From Eubacteriales bacterium (GTDB lineage Bacteria; Bacillota; Clostridia; Oscillospirales; CAG-272): a stretch of DNA of 64,000 bases. The DNA is taken from positions 5,236 to 69,235 of the forward strand of contig JAZSEA010000060.1 of NCBI GenBank assembly GCA_045531455.1, written 5' to 3'. Made by a program: the position numbers and the translations under genes. This document shows, piece after piece, positions 47,671 through 57,667 of this stretch; the first letter of the stretch is position 1; each line of letters opens with the position of its first letter. The notes beneath the pieces are model-generated. The model was not told where the DNA came from. It searched no databases and saw nothing but the letters and a program-made list of their open reading frames with translations.

Positions 47671-48672
47671 TTATCCGAAGATATTTTCATCGGGGATCGC
47701 ACCGCCGATCGACGTGGGAACCTGTGAGAAGAGCGCGCCCCAGAATTCGTTCAGCGCATTTTTCATATCATCGCCGACGAGGTAGGTGATATTGCATCTC
47801 CCAAGCGCGTTTTTGACAAGATTCTCATTAGCCGCAATTCCTGCCGCAACGACAGCCTTAGCCGCAGCCTCCGCATCGGCGTTGAGAGTATTTACCGATT
47901 CCTCATAAGCTTTGAGGAAATTGTCAACCGCAACGGGATGCGCATCAATGAATTTCTTTCTACCGATGATACAACCCTGAACGAGCTCGGTTCCCGTCAG
48001 AGTCTTCCATTCCTTCGAGAAATCAAGCGCAACACGGAGCGCGGAATTCTTAGTCATTGCCGCGGTGACCTTGGGCTCGGGAATGACACCGATGCCCGCC
48101 TTACCCGATGCAAGTGCCGCCGTCAGCTCGTCGGGAGTTGCATAGGTATAATCAAGCGTAACCTTGTCCGAAATCCCCGCAAGCTCAAGCAGAGTCTTGA
48201 GAACGTATTCGGGATTCGATCCGCTTCCGGGGAGATGTACGGTCTTGCCCTCAAGATCGGCGAGAGAATTGACCGTCTCACCGTTTTCGATCAGATAGAG
48301 AACGCCGAGAGTGTTGACGGCAAGGACCTCGACTGCGCCCTTTGTCTTGTTGTAAAGAGTTGCGGCAAGATTCGTCGGTACTGCGGCAATATCGACGCTT
48401 CCGCCGATAACGAGGGGAGCAACGAGCGTCGCGTCTGCGTAAAAATCGATCTTCGCTGTGAAGTTAAGCTCTTTACCGTTTTGGATGTCGCTGTAAAGAG
48501 GAGCAATTCCAAAACCGGTGGTACCGTTCAGCACGGCAACTCGGATCTCGGTATAATCGGCGGGAGTTGTGTCCTCGTGAGGTATCGTTTCCTCTGATTC
48601 GCCGCCGTTTTGGCAAGCGCAGAGCGAGAAGAGAAGAATGAGTACCAGCATAAATGAGATTGTTTTTTTCAT
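47671..48672 (-). CDS. ABC transporter substrate-binding lipoprotein (NMT1/THI5-like)
   Basis: Lipobox LCAC. Directly adjacent to the permease gene. Confidence 0.7.
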   Translation of the reverse strand: MKKTISFMLVLILLFSLCACQNGGESEETIPHEDTTPADYTEIRVAVLNGTTGFGIAPLYSDIQNGKELNFTAKIDFYADATLVAPLVIGGSVDIAAVPTNLAATLYNKTKGAVEVLAVNTLGVLYLIENGETVNSLADLEGKTVHLPGSGSNPEYVLKTLLELAGISDKVTLDYTYATPDELTAALASGKAGIGVIPEPKVTAAMTKNSALRVALDFSKEWKTLTGTELVQGCIIGRKKFIDAHPVAVDNFLKAYEESVNTLNADAEAAAKAVVAAGIAANENLVKNALGRCNITYLVGDDMKNALNEFWGALFSQVPTSIGGAIPDENIFG

Positions 48673-48710
48673 GGTAAATACCTTTCTTTAATTGAATTTA
48701 TAAAAATGCT

Positions 48711-49382
48711 TCAGCATATTTCGTCAAGCTTTTCTTGTGAGAGAAGGGTGATGATGTTGCCGTTTCTCACGATTATCTCGGCTTTTTCGAGCGAATCAAA
48801 TGCTCGGTAGAGCGAGGCTCTTCCAATGTCAAGCGCGTGCGCAAGTGCTGTCATCGACATACCGAGCCCGATCTCACCGTCACTGCTTATCGGAGAGTTT
48901 TTTATGAACAAAGCGAGCTTTCTTTCGGCACTTCCCGCGGTCACGGTATCGATCCTCGAATTGAGGAAGGAGACTCTGTCGGCAAGAAAACAAATCAGAT
49001 TAGTTCTGAATTTGCCGTCGATTTCTGCCGAAAGAAGATCTTCAAAGGCTTCACGCCCGATGAAGAACATCTCGCTTTTTCCGTCTCCGCAGGCAAATAT
49101 CCTCGTTGCGGGCGGCTCTGCGGCAAACAGACTTGCAACGCCGACTGCATTTCCGGGAGAGATAAAACGGAGAATGGTCTGGCGCTCTTTGTCAGCCGAA
49201 TAAATGACTCCGCGCCCCGAAAGCAATACTCCGACAGCGGGAGAATGCTCGGAAACCATCTCCTCACCCGATCTGAATGAGCGGAGCACGCCTCGGGATA
49301 TTACGGTCCGCTCGATCAGTTCTCGGTCGCAACCCGAAAATAAATTTTGCGAAAGTATCGTGTTTTTGTAATCAGTTTTCAT
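48711..49382 (-). CDS. Crp/Fnr family transcriptional regulator
   Basis: cNMP-binding-like N-terminus and a C-terminal HTH (MSMTALAHALDIGRASLYRAFDSL). ATG at 49382. Confidence 0.75.
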   Translation of the reverse strand: MKTDYKNTILSQNLFSGCDRELIERTVISRGVLRSFRSGEEMVSEHSPAVGVLLSGRGVIYSADKERQTILRFISPGNAVGVASLFAAEPPATRIFACGDGKSEMFFIGREAFEDLLSAEIDGKFRTNLICFLADRVSFLNSRIDTVTAGSAERKLALFIKNSPISSDGEIGLGMSMTALAHALDIGRASLYRAFDSLEKAEIIVRNGNIITLLSQEKLDEIC

Positions 49383-49506
49383 ATAATCACCCAAAAATGT
49401 CTCAAATGAAACACTATTTGCTATATTATATCATATCCGAGTAATAATTGCAATATCAAATTCAACGAAAAAAGAAAAGTTAAGTCTATATTTTTCTCCG
49501 TTTGTA

Positions 49507-49535
49507 TTGACATATTTCCTATTTTGTTATATAAT
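49507..49535 (+). promoter_or_regulatory. consensus sigma-70 promoter for the hexosamine/galactose operon
   Basis: TTGACA, 17 nt, TATAAT. Confidence 0.6.
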
Positions 49536-49571
49536 ATAATGGTAATATAATGCGAAAGTGTGGGTAAATCT

Positions 49572-50468
49572 ATGACACTCGTTATTTTAGCCGCAGGTAT
49601 GGGCTCTCGCTTCGGAGGAATGAAGCAGATAACACCCGTAGGACCATCGGGCGAATTCATTATTGACTATTCCTGCTACGATGCCATCAAGGCAGGCTTC
49701 GATAAGATCGTTTTTGTAATTAAGAAAGAAAATCTCGAGATCTTCCGTGAGACAGTCGGAAGCCGCGTCGAGAAGCACGTGAAGGTCGAGTACGCCTTCC
49801 AGGAGATGACCGATATTCCCGCGCCTTTCTCGGTTCCCGATGGAAGAGTAAAGCCTTGGGGTACTGGTCACGCTATGCTTGCCGCAAGGCATTGCGTGAG
49901 CGACCCCTTTGCAACCATCAACGCCGATGATTTTTACGGCGCGGAATCCTACCGCATAATGGCGGAATTCCTCAAGAATACAAAGCCTATGCAGTTCGCT
50001 ATGGCGGGCTACAAGCTTTCAAATACGCTTACCGAAAACGGCACTGTTTCAAGAGGCATCTGTAACGCGGACGAAAACGGTATGCTGATCGATATCACCG
50101 AGCGAACTGCCATCCGTCCCGCGGGAGATGATGCGGAATTCGAGGAGGACGGTGTCTGGACTCCCGTAGCGGGTGACAGTATCTCATCTATGAACTTTTT
50201 CGGCTTCACCCCCGAGGTCTTCGATTTCGCTGAAAAGGAATTCAAAAACTTCCTCGGCAACCTCAAGGATCCGATGAAGAGCGAGTTTTATCTTCCCTCG
50301 GTCGCTTCGCTCGCAATGCAGGCAGGCGTCGCAACCGTCAAAGTATGCCCCACTCCCTCGCGCTGGTACGGCGTAACCTATGCCGCCGACAGAGCGGGAC
50401 TCGAGGGCAAGATCCGCGAGATGATCGATAGCGGCTTATATTCAGCAGATTTATGGAGGTCTATTTAA
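49572..50468 (+). CDS. sugar-1-phosphate nucleotidyltransferase
   Basis: N-terminal LAAGMGSRFGG pyrophosphorylase motif. The alternative GTG start at 49560 is possible. Confidence 0.75.
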   Translation: MTLVILAAGMGSRFGGMKQITPVGPSGEFIIDYSCYDAIKAGFDKIVFVIKKENLEIFRETVGSRVEKHVKVEYAFQEMTDIPAPFSVPDGRVKPWGTGHAMLAARHCVSDPFATINADDFYGAESYRIMAEFLKNTKPMQFAMAGYKLSNTLTENGTVSRGICNADENGMLIDITERTAIRPAGDDAEFEEDGVWTPVAGDSISSMNFFGFTPEVFDFAEKEFKNFLGNLKDPMKSEFYLPSVASLAMQAGVATVKVCPTPSRWYGVTYAADRAGLEGKIREMIDSGLYSADLWRSI

Positions 50469-50474
50469 TATATC

Positions 50475-51560
50475 ATGAGAGAAATACTCGAATTAGCAAA
50501 GAAATTCAATATCCCGTCCGAGCCCGTTGATCTCTGCGAGTGCAAGGTCGGACATATCAATTCAACTTACTTTATCTATTGCTCGGACGGAGAAAAATAC
50601 GTTCTCCAGAACATCAATACAAGCATCTTCAAGGACACCGATATCCTTATGAACAATATCGTTGGCGTAACCTCTCACATTCGTAAGAAGCTCGAGGCGG
50701 AGGGCAAGGATCCTATGCGCGGAACTCTGAATTTTTACTGTGCGGAAACGGGACTCTATTATTATAAGGATGAAGAGGGCAGATGCTGGCGCCTTTATAA
50801 GTATGTAGACCGAGTCGATTGCTTCCAGAGTGCAGAATCAACCGAGCTTCTTGAGCGCGTAGGCAGAGCTTTCGGACACTTCCAGATGCAGCTTGCCGAT
50901 TACGATGCAGGCGCACTCAAGGAGACCATTCCTAATTTCCATAATACTACCTCTAGACTAAACGATTTCAAGATCGCGCTCGAGAAGAACGCTGCGGGAA
51001 GAGCCGCTTCGATCCCCGAGGATATCGCTTTCGTTCTCGATCATAGCGAGGTCTGCTCCTATATTATGGATAAGATCGCCGACGGAACCATTCCGCTCCG
51101 CGTTACACATAACGATACAAAGCTTAACAACATCCTTATGGATTCGAAGACAGGCGAGCCTGTATGTGTTATTGACCTTGATACCATTATGCCCGGCTCT
51201 GTGCTCTTCGATTTCGGAGACGCGATCCGCTTCGGTGCATCGAGTGCAGCGGAGGACGAGACCGATCTCTCCAAGGTCTATATGAGAGAGGATGCCTTTG
51301 ATGCATTTGCAAAGGGCTTTGTCGGCGGACTTGAGGGCTCGCTCTCCGAGGAAGAAATCATAGAGCTTCCTATGGGCGCGCTCATTATCACGCTTGAAAC
51401 GGGTATCCGCTTCCTTACCGACTATCTGAACGGCGATACTTATTTCAGGATCCACTATCCTCAGCACAATCTCGACCGCGCACGCAATCAGTTTGCTCTC
51501 GTCCGCGATATGGAAAAGAAGATGCCCCGTATGCGCGAGATCGTAAAGAAATATATTTAA
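50475..51560 (+). CDS. nahK: N-acetylhexosamine 1-kinase (NahK/LnpB-like, APH family)
   Basis: Strong similarity to Bifidobacterium NahK as I remember it: RVTHNDTKLNNILMD, IDLDTIMPGS-LFDFGD-IRFGAS, YPQHNL. Confidence 0.8.
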   Translation: MREILELAKKFNIPSEPVDLCECKVGHINSTYFIYCSDGEKYVLQNINTSIFKDTDILMNNIVGVTSHIRKKLEAEGKDPMRGTLNFYCAETGLYYYKDEEGRCWRLYKYVDRVDCFQSAESTELLERVGRAFGHFQMQLADYDAGALKETIPNFHNTTSRLNDFKIALEKNAAGRAASIPEDIAFVLDHSEVCSYIMDKIADGTIPLRVTHNDTKLNNILMDSKTGEPVCVIDLDTIMPGSVLFDFGDAIRFGASSAAEDETDLSKVYMREDAFDAFAKGFVGGLEGSLSEEEIIELPMGALIITLETGIRFLTDYLNGDTYFRIHYPQHNLDRARNQFALVRDMEKKMPRMREIVKKYI

Positions 51561-51583
51561 TCAAAATACAGAGGTAAAAGAAA

Positions 51584-52597
51584 ATGGCTGTTCTTGTCAC
51601 AGGCGGAGCCGGCTACATCGGCTCACACACAGTGGTCGAGCTTATCGAGGCAGGCCGCGAGGTTATCATCATCGACAATTTTTCAAACAGCAAGCCCGAG
51701 GTTATCGATCGAATCGAAAAGATCGCGGGCAAGAGACCGAAGCTCTATGCTTGCGACCTTCTTGACCTTGAAGCAACACGCAAGGTGTTTGCTGAAAACG
51801 AGATCGACTCGGTCATCCATTTTGCGGGACTCAAGGCTGTAGGCGAATCCTGCGCACAGCCCCTCCGCTACTATAGCCACAATTTTGACGCAACATTCAA
51901 TCTCATTCGCGCAATGGCTGAGAACGGCGTCGGAACAATAGTATTCTCATCCTCCGCCACCGTTTACGGCTCACCTGAGACGGTTCCGATCCGCGAGGAT
52001 TTCCCGCTCTCGACGACCAATCCCTACGGCGAGACCAAGCTCGTTATCGAAAGAATGCTTAAGGATATCTGCGATGCGGGCGAGCTGAGTAGCGTTTCCA
52101 TCCTTCGTTATTTCAATCCCATCGGCGCACACGAATCGGGACTTATCGGTGAGGACCCCAAGGGCATCCCGAACAATCTCCTTCCTTATATCAGTCAGAC
52201 AGCTATCGGCAAGCGCGATAAGCTCCACGTTTTCGGAGACGATTATCCCACCCATGACGGTACGGGCGTCCGCGACTATATCCACGTAGTAGACCTCGCG
52301 CAGGCGCATCTTGCGGCTCTCAACAGAGCAACCGCCGTTACGGGCACCGAGTATTACAATATCGGTACCGGCGTCGGATATTCGGTTCTCGATATCGTTA
52401 AGGCATTCGAGAAGGCAAGCGGAAAGAAGGTACCCTACGTTATCGATCCCCGCCGTCCCGGCGATATCGCAGAGTGCTATGCTGATCCTACCCGCGCCAA
52501 GGAGATCCTCGGCTGGCAGGCAAAGTACGGTATCGAGCGTATGTGCAAGGATGTAGACCGCTGGCAGACTATGAACCCCAACGGCTACTCAGATTAA
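51584..52597 (+). CDS. galE: UDP-glucose 4-epimerase
   Basis: VTGGAGYIGSH, the catalytic YGETK, and a length of 337 aa. Confidence 0.9.
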   Translation: MAVLVTGGAGYIGSHTVVELIEAGREVIIIDNFSNSKPEVIDRIEKIAGKRPKLYACDLLDLEATRKVFAENEIDSVIHFAGLKAVGESCAQPLRYYSHNFDATFNLIRAMAENGVGTIVFSSSATVYGSPETVPIREDFPLSTTNPYGETKLVIERMLKDICDAGELSSVSILRYFNPIGAHESGLIGEDPKGIPNNLLPYISQTAIGKRDKLHVFGDDYPTHDGTGVRDYIHVVDLAQAHLAALNRATAVTGTEYYNIGTGVGYSVLDIVKAFEKASGKKVPYVIDPRRPGDIAECYADPTRAKEILGWQAKYGIERMCKDVDRWQTMNPNGYSD

Positions 52598-52598
52598 G

Positions 52599-53639
52599 GT
52601 GACGGATATGATCGAAAAGAAGCGTTTCGGTGAAATCGAAGGCAGAGAGGTATCTCTCTACATACTGAAGAACGATAATCTCGAGGTCACACTTTCGGAT
52701 TACGGCGCAACCATCATCCGAATCCGTCTGACTCTGAAAAACGGCGAGGTCCGCGATCTTGTCCGCGGATACGATACCCTCGAATCCTATATGAACGCCG
52801 ACGGCTATCTCGGCGCGGTCGTAGGACGTGTCGGAAACCGTATCTGCAGGGGCAAATTCACTCTTGACGGTAAGGATTACGAGCTTTACTGCAACAACGG
52901 CGTAAATCACCTCCACGGCGGTAAGATCGGCTTTGACAAGAAGATTTATGATACCGTCCTCGGAGATGACTGCATTACTTTCTCTGCGGTATCTCCCGAC
53001 GGTGAAGAGGGCTACCCGGGCAAGCTTGAGTATTCTGTTAAGTATACTCTGACCGAATCCAAGCTTTCCCTCACTTACTACGCTGTAACCGATAAGGCAA
53101 CTCCCGTCAACCTCACCAATCACGTCTACTTTAATCTTATGGGCTCGGGCACTGTCTACACCCACCGCATAAAGCTTGACGCGGACAGATACATCCCCAC
53201 CGATGATACCCTCATCCCCACGGGCGAGATCGCATCCGTCGACGGCACTCCTTTTGATTTCAGAGAGGAAAAGTATCTGAGCGCGGGAATCCTCGGCACT
53301 CATAAGGATATCACACTCGGCGGCGGACTCGACCATTGCGTCGTATTTACCGACCGCGGAGAGGGAATGCACGAAAGAGTTTGCGTTAAGTCCCCCGACG
53401 GTCTCGTAACTCTTAAGACCTATACCGATATGCCCGCCGTACAGCTCTACAGCGGCAATTTCCTCGGAAACAAGGAATTCCCCTTCAGAGGCGGCGAGCG
53501 GCAGATCAAGCGCGCGGCATTCTGCCTTGAGACCGAGGCAATGCCCGACTCTGTAAATCACGAAAACTTCACCAATACCGTCCTCCGTCCCGGAGAAGAG
53601 TACAAGACCGAGACGGTATATAAGTTCATTGCAAACTAA
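52599..53639 (+). CDS. galM: aldose 1-epimerase (galactose mutarotase)
   Basis: NNGVNHLHGG, TNHVYFNL and CLETEAMPDS motifs. The start is either GTG 52599 or ATG 52608. Confidence 0.85.
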   Translation: MTDMIEKKRFGEIEGREVSLYILKNDNLEVTLSDYGATIIRIRLTLKNGEVRDLVRGYDTLESYMNADGYLGAVVGRVGNRICRGKFTLDGKDYELYCNNGVNHLHGGKIGFDKKIYDTVLGDDCITFSAVSPDGEEGYPGKLEYSVKYTLTESKLSLTYYAVTDKATPVNLTNHVYFNLMGSGTVYTHRIKLDADRYIPTDDTLIPTGEIASVDGTPFDFREEKYLSAGILGTHKDITLGGGLDHCVVFTDRGEGMHERVCVKSPDGLVTLKTYTDMPAVQLYSGNFLGNKEFPFRGGERQIKRAAFCLETEAMPDSVNHENFTNTVLRPGEEYKTETVYKFIAN

Positions 53640-54341
53640 ATGAAAAAGACCATTACTTCAAAAGCTACGGGAAAACTTCCCGTAGCTTTGCCATATATGA
53701 TAGCTCTTGCGGCGTGTTGCATTGCAATGTCCGCGATCGAGCTGATTTTTACTCCAACATATTTCGTCAAAGCCGCAATAAAGCTGGCACTTTTTGTGAT
53801 AATTCCGATCTCGCTTATTCTTGTCCGCAAAGAAACGTCCATCCTTCGCTTCTTCAAGCCGAACAGAAAGACCCTGCTCCCGATGCTCCTTTTCGGCGTC
53901 ATTATGTATGCTTTCATCATCGGCGCGTATTTTCTTCTCGGCAAATACTTTGATCTTTCGAATATCACATCCTCTCTTGACGAGATAGGTGTTACGAAGC
54001 AGAATTTTATTTTTGTCGCTCTCTATATCGCCGTCTGCAATTCCTTCCTCGAGGAATTCATCTTCCGCGGCTTCGGATTTATCGGACTGTCTGAAAAGAT
54101 CGGCGAGAAAGCGGCGTGCATATTCAGCGCGATATGTTTTGCACTCTATCACGTCACAATGATGATCGGCTGGTATTCCTTCGGACTTACTGCGCTTATC
54201 ATTTTCGCTCTCTTCGTCGGCGGCGTGATACTCAATCTGCTTGATATCAAGTGCAAGACCGTCTACCCCGCCTGGATCGTTCATATCTTTGCAAACCTTG
54301 CGATCAATACGATCGGAATGATACTTTTCGGTATTTTTTAA
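53640..54341 (+). CDS. CPBP family intramembrane glutamic endopeptidase
   Basis: EEFIFRGF motif, plus FALYH and HIFANL histidine motifs in TM helices. Confidence 0.75.
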   Translation: MKKTITSKATGKLPVALPYMIALAACCIAMSAIELIFTPTYFVKAAIKLALFVIIPISLILVRKETSILRFFKPNRKTLLPMLLFGVIMYAFIIGAYFLLGKYFDLSNITSSLDEIGVTKQNFIFVALYIAVCNSFLEEFIFRGFGFIGLSEKIGEKAACIFSAICFALYHVTMMIGWYSFGLTALIIFALFVGGVILNLLDIKCKTVYPAWIVHIFANLAINTIGMILFGIF

Positions 54342-54423
54342 TATTTATGAAGCTTGTTTTACGCAAGCTTCATATTTTTTCACATCCGAGCATATAATCA
54401 AATGCAAAGGAAGGTGAATAATA

Positions 54424-55641
54424 ATGAAAGTACTTGATCTCTTATCGCGTTTTTATAATAACCTTGACCGCAGAAGGCTCTGGATACTCTGGATAGCGAA
54501 TATGCTCTGGATCATTATGCTTTTCTCATATATCTGCTGCCTTAATTCATACGCCGCACCGTGGGAGGAGAATATCCCCGAATTAGCCCCACTCGATTGC
54601 AAAAGCGCATTGCTTATGGAGGCGGAAACGGGAAGAGTCCTGTATGAGCAGAACGCAGACGAATCACTCCCGCCCGCATCGGTCACAAAAGTGATGACAC
54701 TCTTGCTTACAATGGAAGCGATCGAGAGGGGGACGATCACCCTCGACCAAATGCTCACGGCATCCGATCACGCTGCTTCAATGGGCGGAACACAGGTCTT
54801 TCTCGAGGTCGGCGAGCAGATGAGCACCGAGGATCTTCTTAAATCGGTTATAATCGCATCAGCGAACGATGCTGCCGTGGTCCTCGCCGAGGCGATAGCC
54901 GGAAGCGAGGAATCCTTCGTTTCAATGATGAACTCACGCGCCGCAGAACTCGGTATGAATAATACGCATTTCGAGAACACCAACGGTCTCGACGATACCG
55001 TAACGAATCACGTCACCTCTGCGCGCGATATTGCCATAATGTCCCGCGAACTTATCCGCCACGAAAAGATCCTTGAATACAGCTCAATCTGGATGGATAC
55101 CGTTCGCAACGGCGAATTCGGACTTACCAACACAAACCGTCTCGTCCGCTTTTATAAGGGTGCAACAGGACTTAAAACGGGTTCTACCTCAAAGGCGAAA
55201 TTCTGTATCAGCGCAACCGCAAAGCGCGACGGAATGCACCTGATCGCGGTCATTATGGGATCTCCTACCCGCGATGTCAGAAATGCCGAAGCCAAAAAGC
55301 TCCTCGATTGGGGATTTGCAAATTATTCGCTTTATACCTATGAGCCTCAAGCGCTCGGCGAGATAAAGCTCCTCGGCGGAAACCGCGAAAGTATAGGTTG
55401 CGAAACACAGGGTATCTCTATACTTGTTCCCAAAGGATCGGCTTCGAAGGTCACGGCAGAGGTCGTTATTCCCGAAGAAGTGAACGCGCCGGTTGCAAAA
55501 GGAGACAGAATCGGAAGTGTTCGGTTAACGCTTGATTCCGAACCTATCGGTGAGGCGGAAATAGTGATTTCCGAGTCTGCGGAACGCATATCCTTTCTCG
55601 AATTGTTGCTTTTTATGCTTAAAAAATTTGTTTTATGCTGA
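54424..55641 (+). CDS. D-alanyl-D-alanine carboxypeptidase (peptidase S11, PBP5-type)
   Basis: SVTK (SxxK), SAN (SxN) and KTGST (KTG) motifs. N-terminal membrane anchor. Confidence 0.85.
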   Translation: MKVLDLLSRFYNNLDRRRLWILWIANMLWIIMLFSYICCLNSYAAPWEENIPELAPLDCKSALLMEAETGRVLYEQNADESLPPASVTKVMTLLLTMEAIERGTITLDQMLTASDHAASMGGTQVFLEVGEQMSTEDLLKSVIIASANDAAVVLAEAIAGSEESFVSMMNSRAAELGMNNTHFENTNGLDDTVTNHVTSARDIAIMSRELIRHEKILEYSSIWMDTVRNGEFGLTNTNRLVRFYKGATGLKTGSTSKAKFCISATAKRDGMHLIAVIMGSPTRDVRNAEAKKLLDWGFANYSLYTYEPQALGEIKLLGGNRESIGCETQGISILVPKGSASKVTAEVVIPEEVNAPVAKGDRIGSVRLTLDSEPIGEAEIVISESAERISFLELLLFMLKKFVLC

Positions 55642-55734
55642 TTTCTTGACGAATAACGAAAAATAGTGTTGAAATTTGCGGAATTTTGTGATACAATATA
55701 TAAGTAAAAATATATTCCAAGGATGGACATTTAC

Positions 55735-57069
55735 ATGGCACTGAAACTTGATGATAAGTTTATCAAACCCTTTATCACAGAAGAAGAAATAGCTGCGATC
55801 GCCCCCGAGGTAGACGCGGCTGCAGCTTCCCTCAGAGCGGGAACGGGCAAGGGCTCCGAAATGCTCGGCTGGCTCACTCTTCCCGAAAACTACGACAAAG
55901 AAGAATTCGCAAGAATCAAGACCGCAGCAGAGAAGATCAAGAAGTCCTGCGACGTCTTTATCGTTATCGGCATCGGCGGATCATATCTTGGCTCCCGCGC
56001 AGTCGTTGAATTCCTGCGTTCCCCCAGATACAACCTTCTCAAGAAGGATACTCCCGATATCTACTTCTCGGGATGCAATATCAGCGGCAGCGACCTTGAT
56101 GAGCTTCTTGCCATCTGTGAGGGACGCGACGTTTGCATCAACGTAATTTCCAAGTCGGGCACGACAACAGAGCCCGCGGTTGCCTTCAGATACTTCCGCG
56201 CTTGGCTTGAAAACAAGTACGGCAAGGAAGGCGCAAAGGAGCGTATCTTTGTTACCACCGATAAGGCACGCGGAACTCTGAAATCCTTCTCGACCGATGC
56301 GGGCTACGAGACCTTCGTGGTCCCGGATGACGTCGGCGGACGCTTCTCGGTCCTCTCCGCAGTCGGACTTCTTCCCATTGCAGTATCGGGCATCGATATC
56401 GACGAGCTTATGAGCGGCGCTGCTGACGCTATGACCGCGCTTTCCTCGGGCGACGTTTATACCAACGATGCTTACAGATATGCCGCTCTCCGCAATATCC
56501 TCTACCGCAAGGGTAAGGTCACCGAGATCCTCGTAGGCTACGAGCCCTATGAGCAGATGTTCTGCGAGTGGTGGAAGCAGCTCTACGGCGAAAGCGAAGG
56601 TAAGGACGGCAAGGGACTTTATCCTTCTTCTGTAATCTTCTCGACCGATCTCCACTCCCTCGGTCAGTACGTTCAGTCGGGTCTGCGCACCATCTTCGAG
56701 ACCGTTCTTTCTGTAGAAACTCCCGATAGTGAGGCAAAGGTGCCGAACGATCCCGCAAATATCGACGGGCTCAATTTCCTCTCGGGTATGCCTATGGCAG
56801 AGGTAAACCGCACCGCTATGAACGGCACTCTTCTTGCTCACGTTGACGGCGGAGTACCCAATATCGTTCTCAGACTCGCTGACAGAAGCCCCCGTTCTCT
56901 CGGCTATATGATCTATTTCTTCGAGCTCGCGTGTGCTGTTTCGGGCTACGTTCTTGACGTCAACCCCTTCGATCAGCCCGGCGTTGAGGCATATAAAAAA
57001 AATATGTTCGCTCTTCTTGGTAAGCCCGGCTACGAGGAAATGACCGCAGAACTCCGTGCAAGACTCTAA
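55735..57069 (+). CDS. pgi: glucose-6-phosphate isomerase
   Basis: 445 aa short-type PGI: [32 protein letters not shown]. The start is set at MALKLDDKF. Confidence 0.9.
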   Translation: MALKLDDKFIKPFITEEEIAAIAPEVDAAAASLRAGTGKGSEMLGWLTLPENYDKEEFARIKTAAEKIKKSCDVFIVIGIGGSYLGSRAVVEFLRSPRYNLLKKDTPDIYFSGCNISGSDLDELLAICEGRDVCINVISKSGTTTEPAVAFRYFRAWLENKYGKEGAKERIFVTTDKARGTLKSFSTDAGYETFVVPDDVGGRFSVLSAVGLLPIAVSGIDIDELMSGAADAMTALSSGDVYTNDAYRYAALRNILYRKGKVTEILVGYEPYEQMFCEWWKQLYGESEGKDGKGLYPSSVIFSTDLHSLGQYVQSGLRTIFETVLSVETPDSEAKVPNDPANIDGLNFLSGMPMAEVNRTAMNGTLLAHVDGGVPNIVLRLADRSPRSLGYMIYFFELACAVSGYVLDVNPFDQPGVEAYKKNMFALLGKPGYEEMTAELRARL

Positions 57070-57176
57070 AAAATTAAAATTTGTGCGGTTTTCGTCAAAA
57101 ATAGTCTTGATTTTATCGGAAAACTATTGTATAATATTATAAAGATTTATAATCACCCAACTTCCAGGAGGTTAAA

Positions 57177-57584
57177 ATGCTCAAATTAATTGTCGGAAAA
57201 AAAGGTTCCGGAAAGACCAAAGCTCTCATCAATATGATCAATGAGACCCTTGAAACATCCAACGGCTGCGTTGTATGCCTTGAGAAGGGTATCAAGCTTC
57301 GCTATGACGTAAATTATCGCTGCAGACTTATCAACGTAGACGAGTACTATCTCTACGGCGCATCTCAGCTTTACGGCTTTGTTGCAGGCGTTCTTGCAGG
57401 CAACCATGACGTTACCGATCTTTACATCGACGGAACTCTCCGTATCTGCAACGGCGATGTTGAATCCTTCGAGAAGTGCGCTCATCACCTCGACGAGCTC
57501 GCTGACCGCTATAAGATGAACATCGTTGCTACCGTTTCTCTGGCAGAGGACGAGATTCCCGAAGCTCTTAAAAAGTATATCTGA
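57177..57584 (+). CDS. small P-loop protein, function unknown
   Basis: 135 aa with Walker A-like GKKGSGKT at residues 7-14. AGGAGG RBS. Confidence 0.5.
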   Translation: MLKLIVGKKGSGKTKALINMINETLETSNGCVVCLEKGIKLRYDVNYRCRLINVDEYYLYGASQLYGFVAGVLAGNHDVTDLYIDGTLRICNGDVESFEKCAHHLDELADRYKMNIVATVSLAEDEIPEALKKYI

Positions 57585-57667
57585 GTCATCGGATAGTATA
57601 GGTATAGCCGGGTCTTGTTGAGGTCCGGCTATTGAAAAATTTTGATTAATTTAAAGGAAGTGAAATA

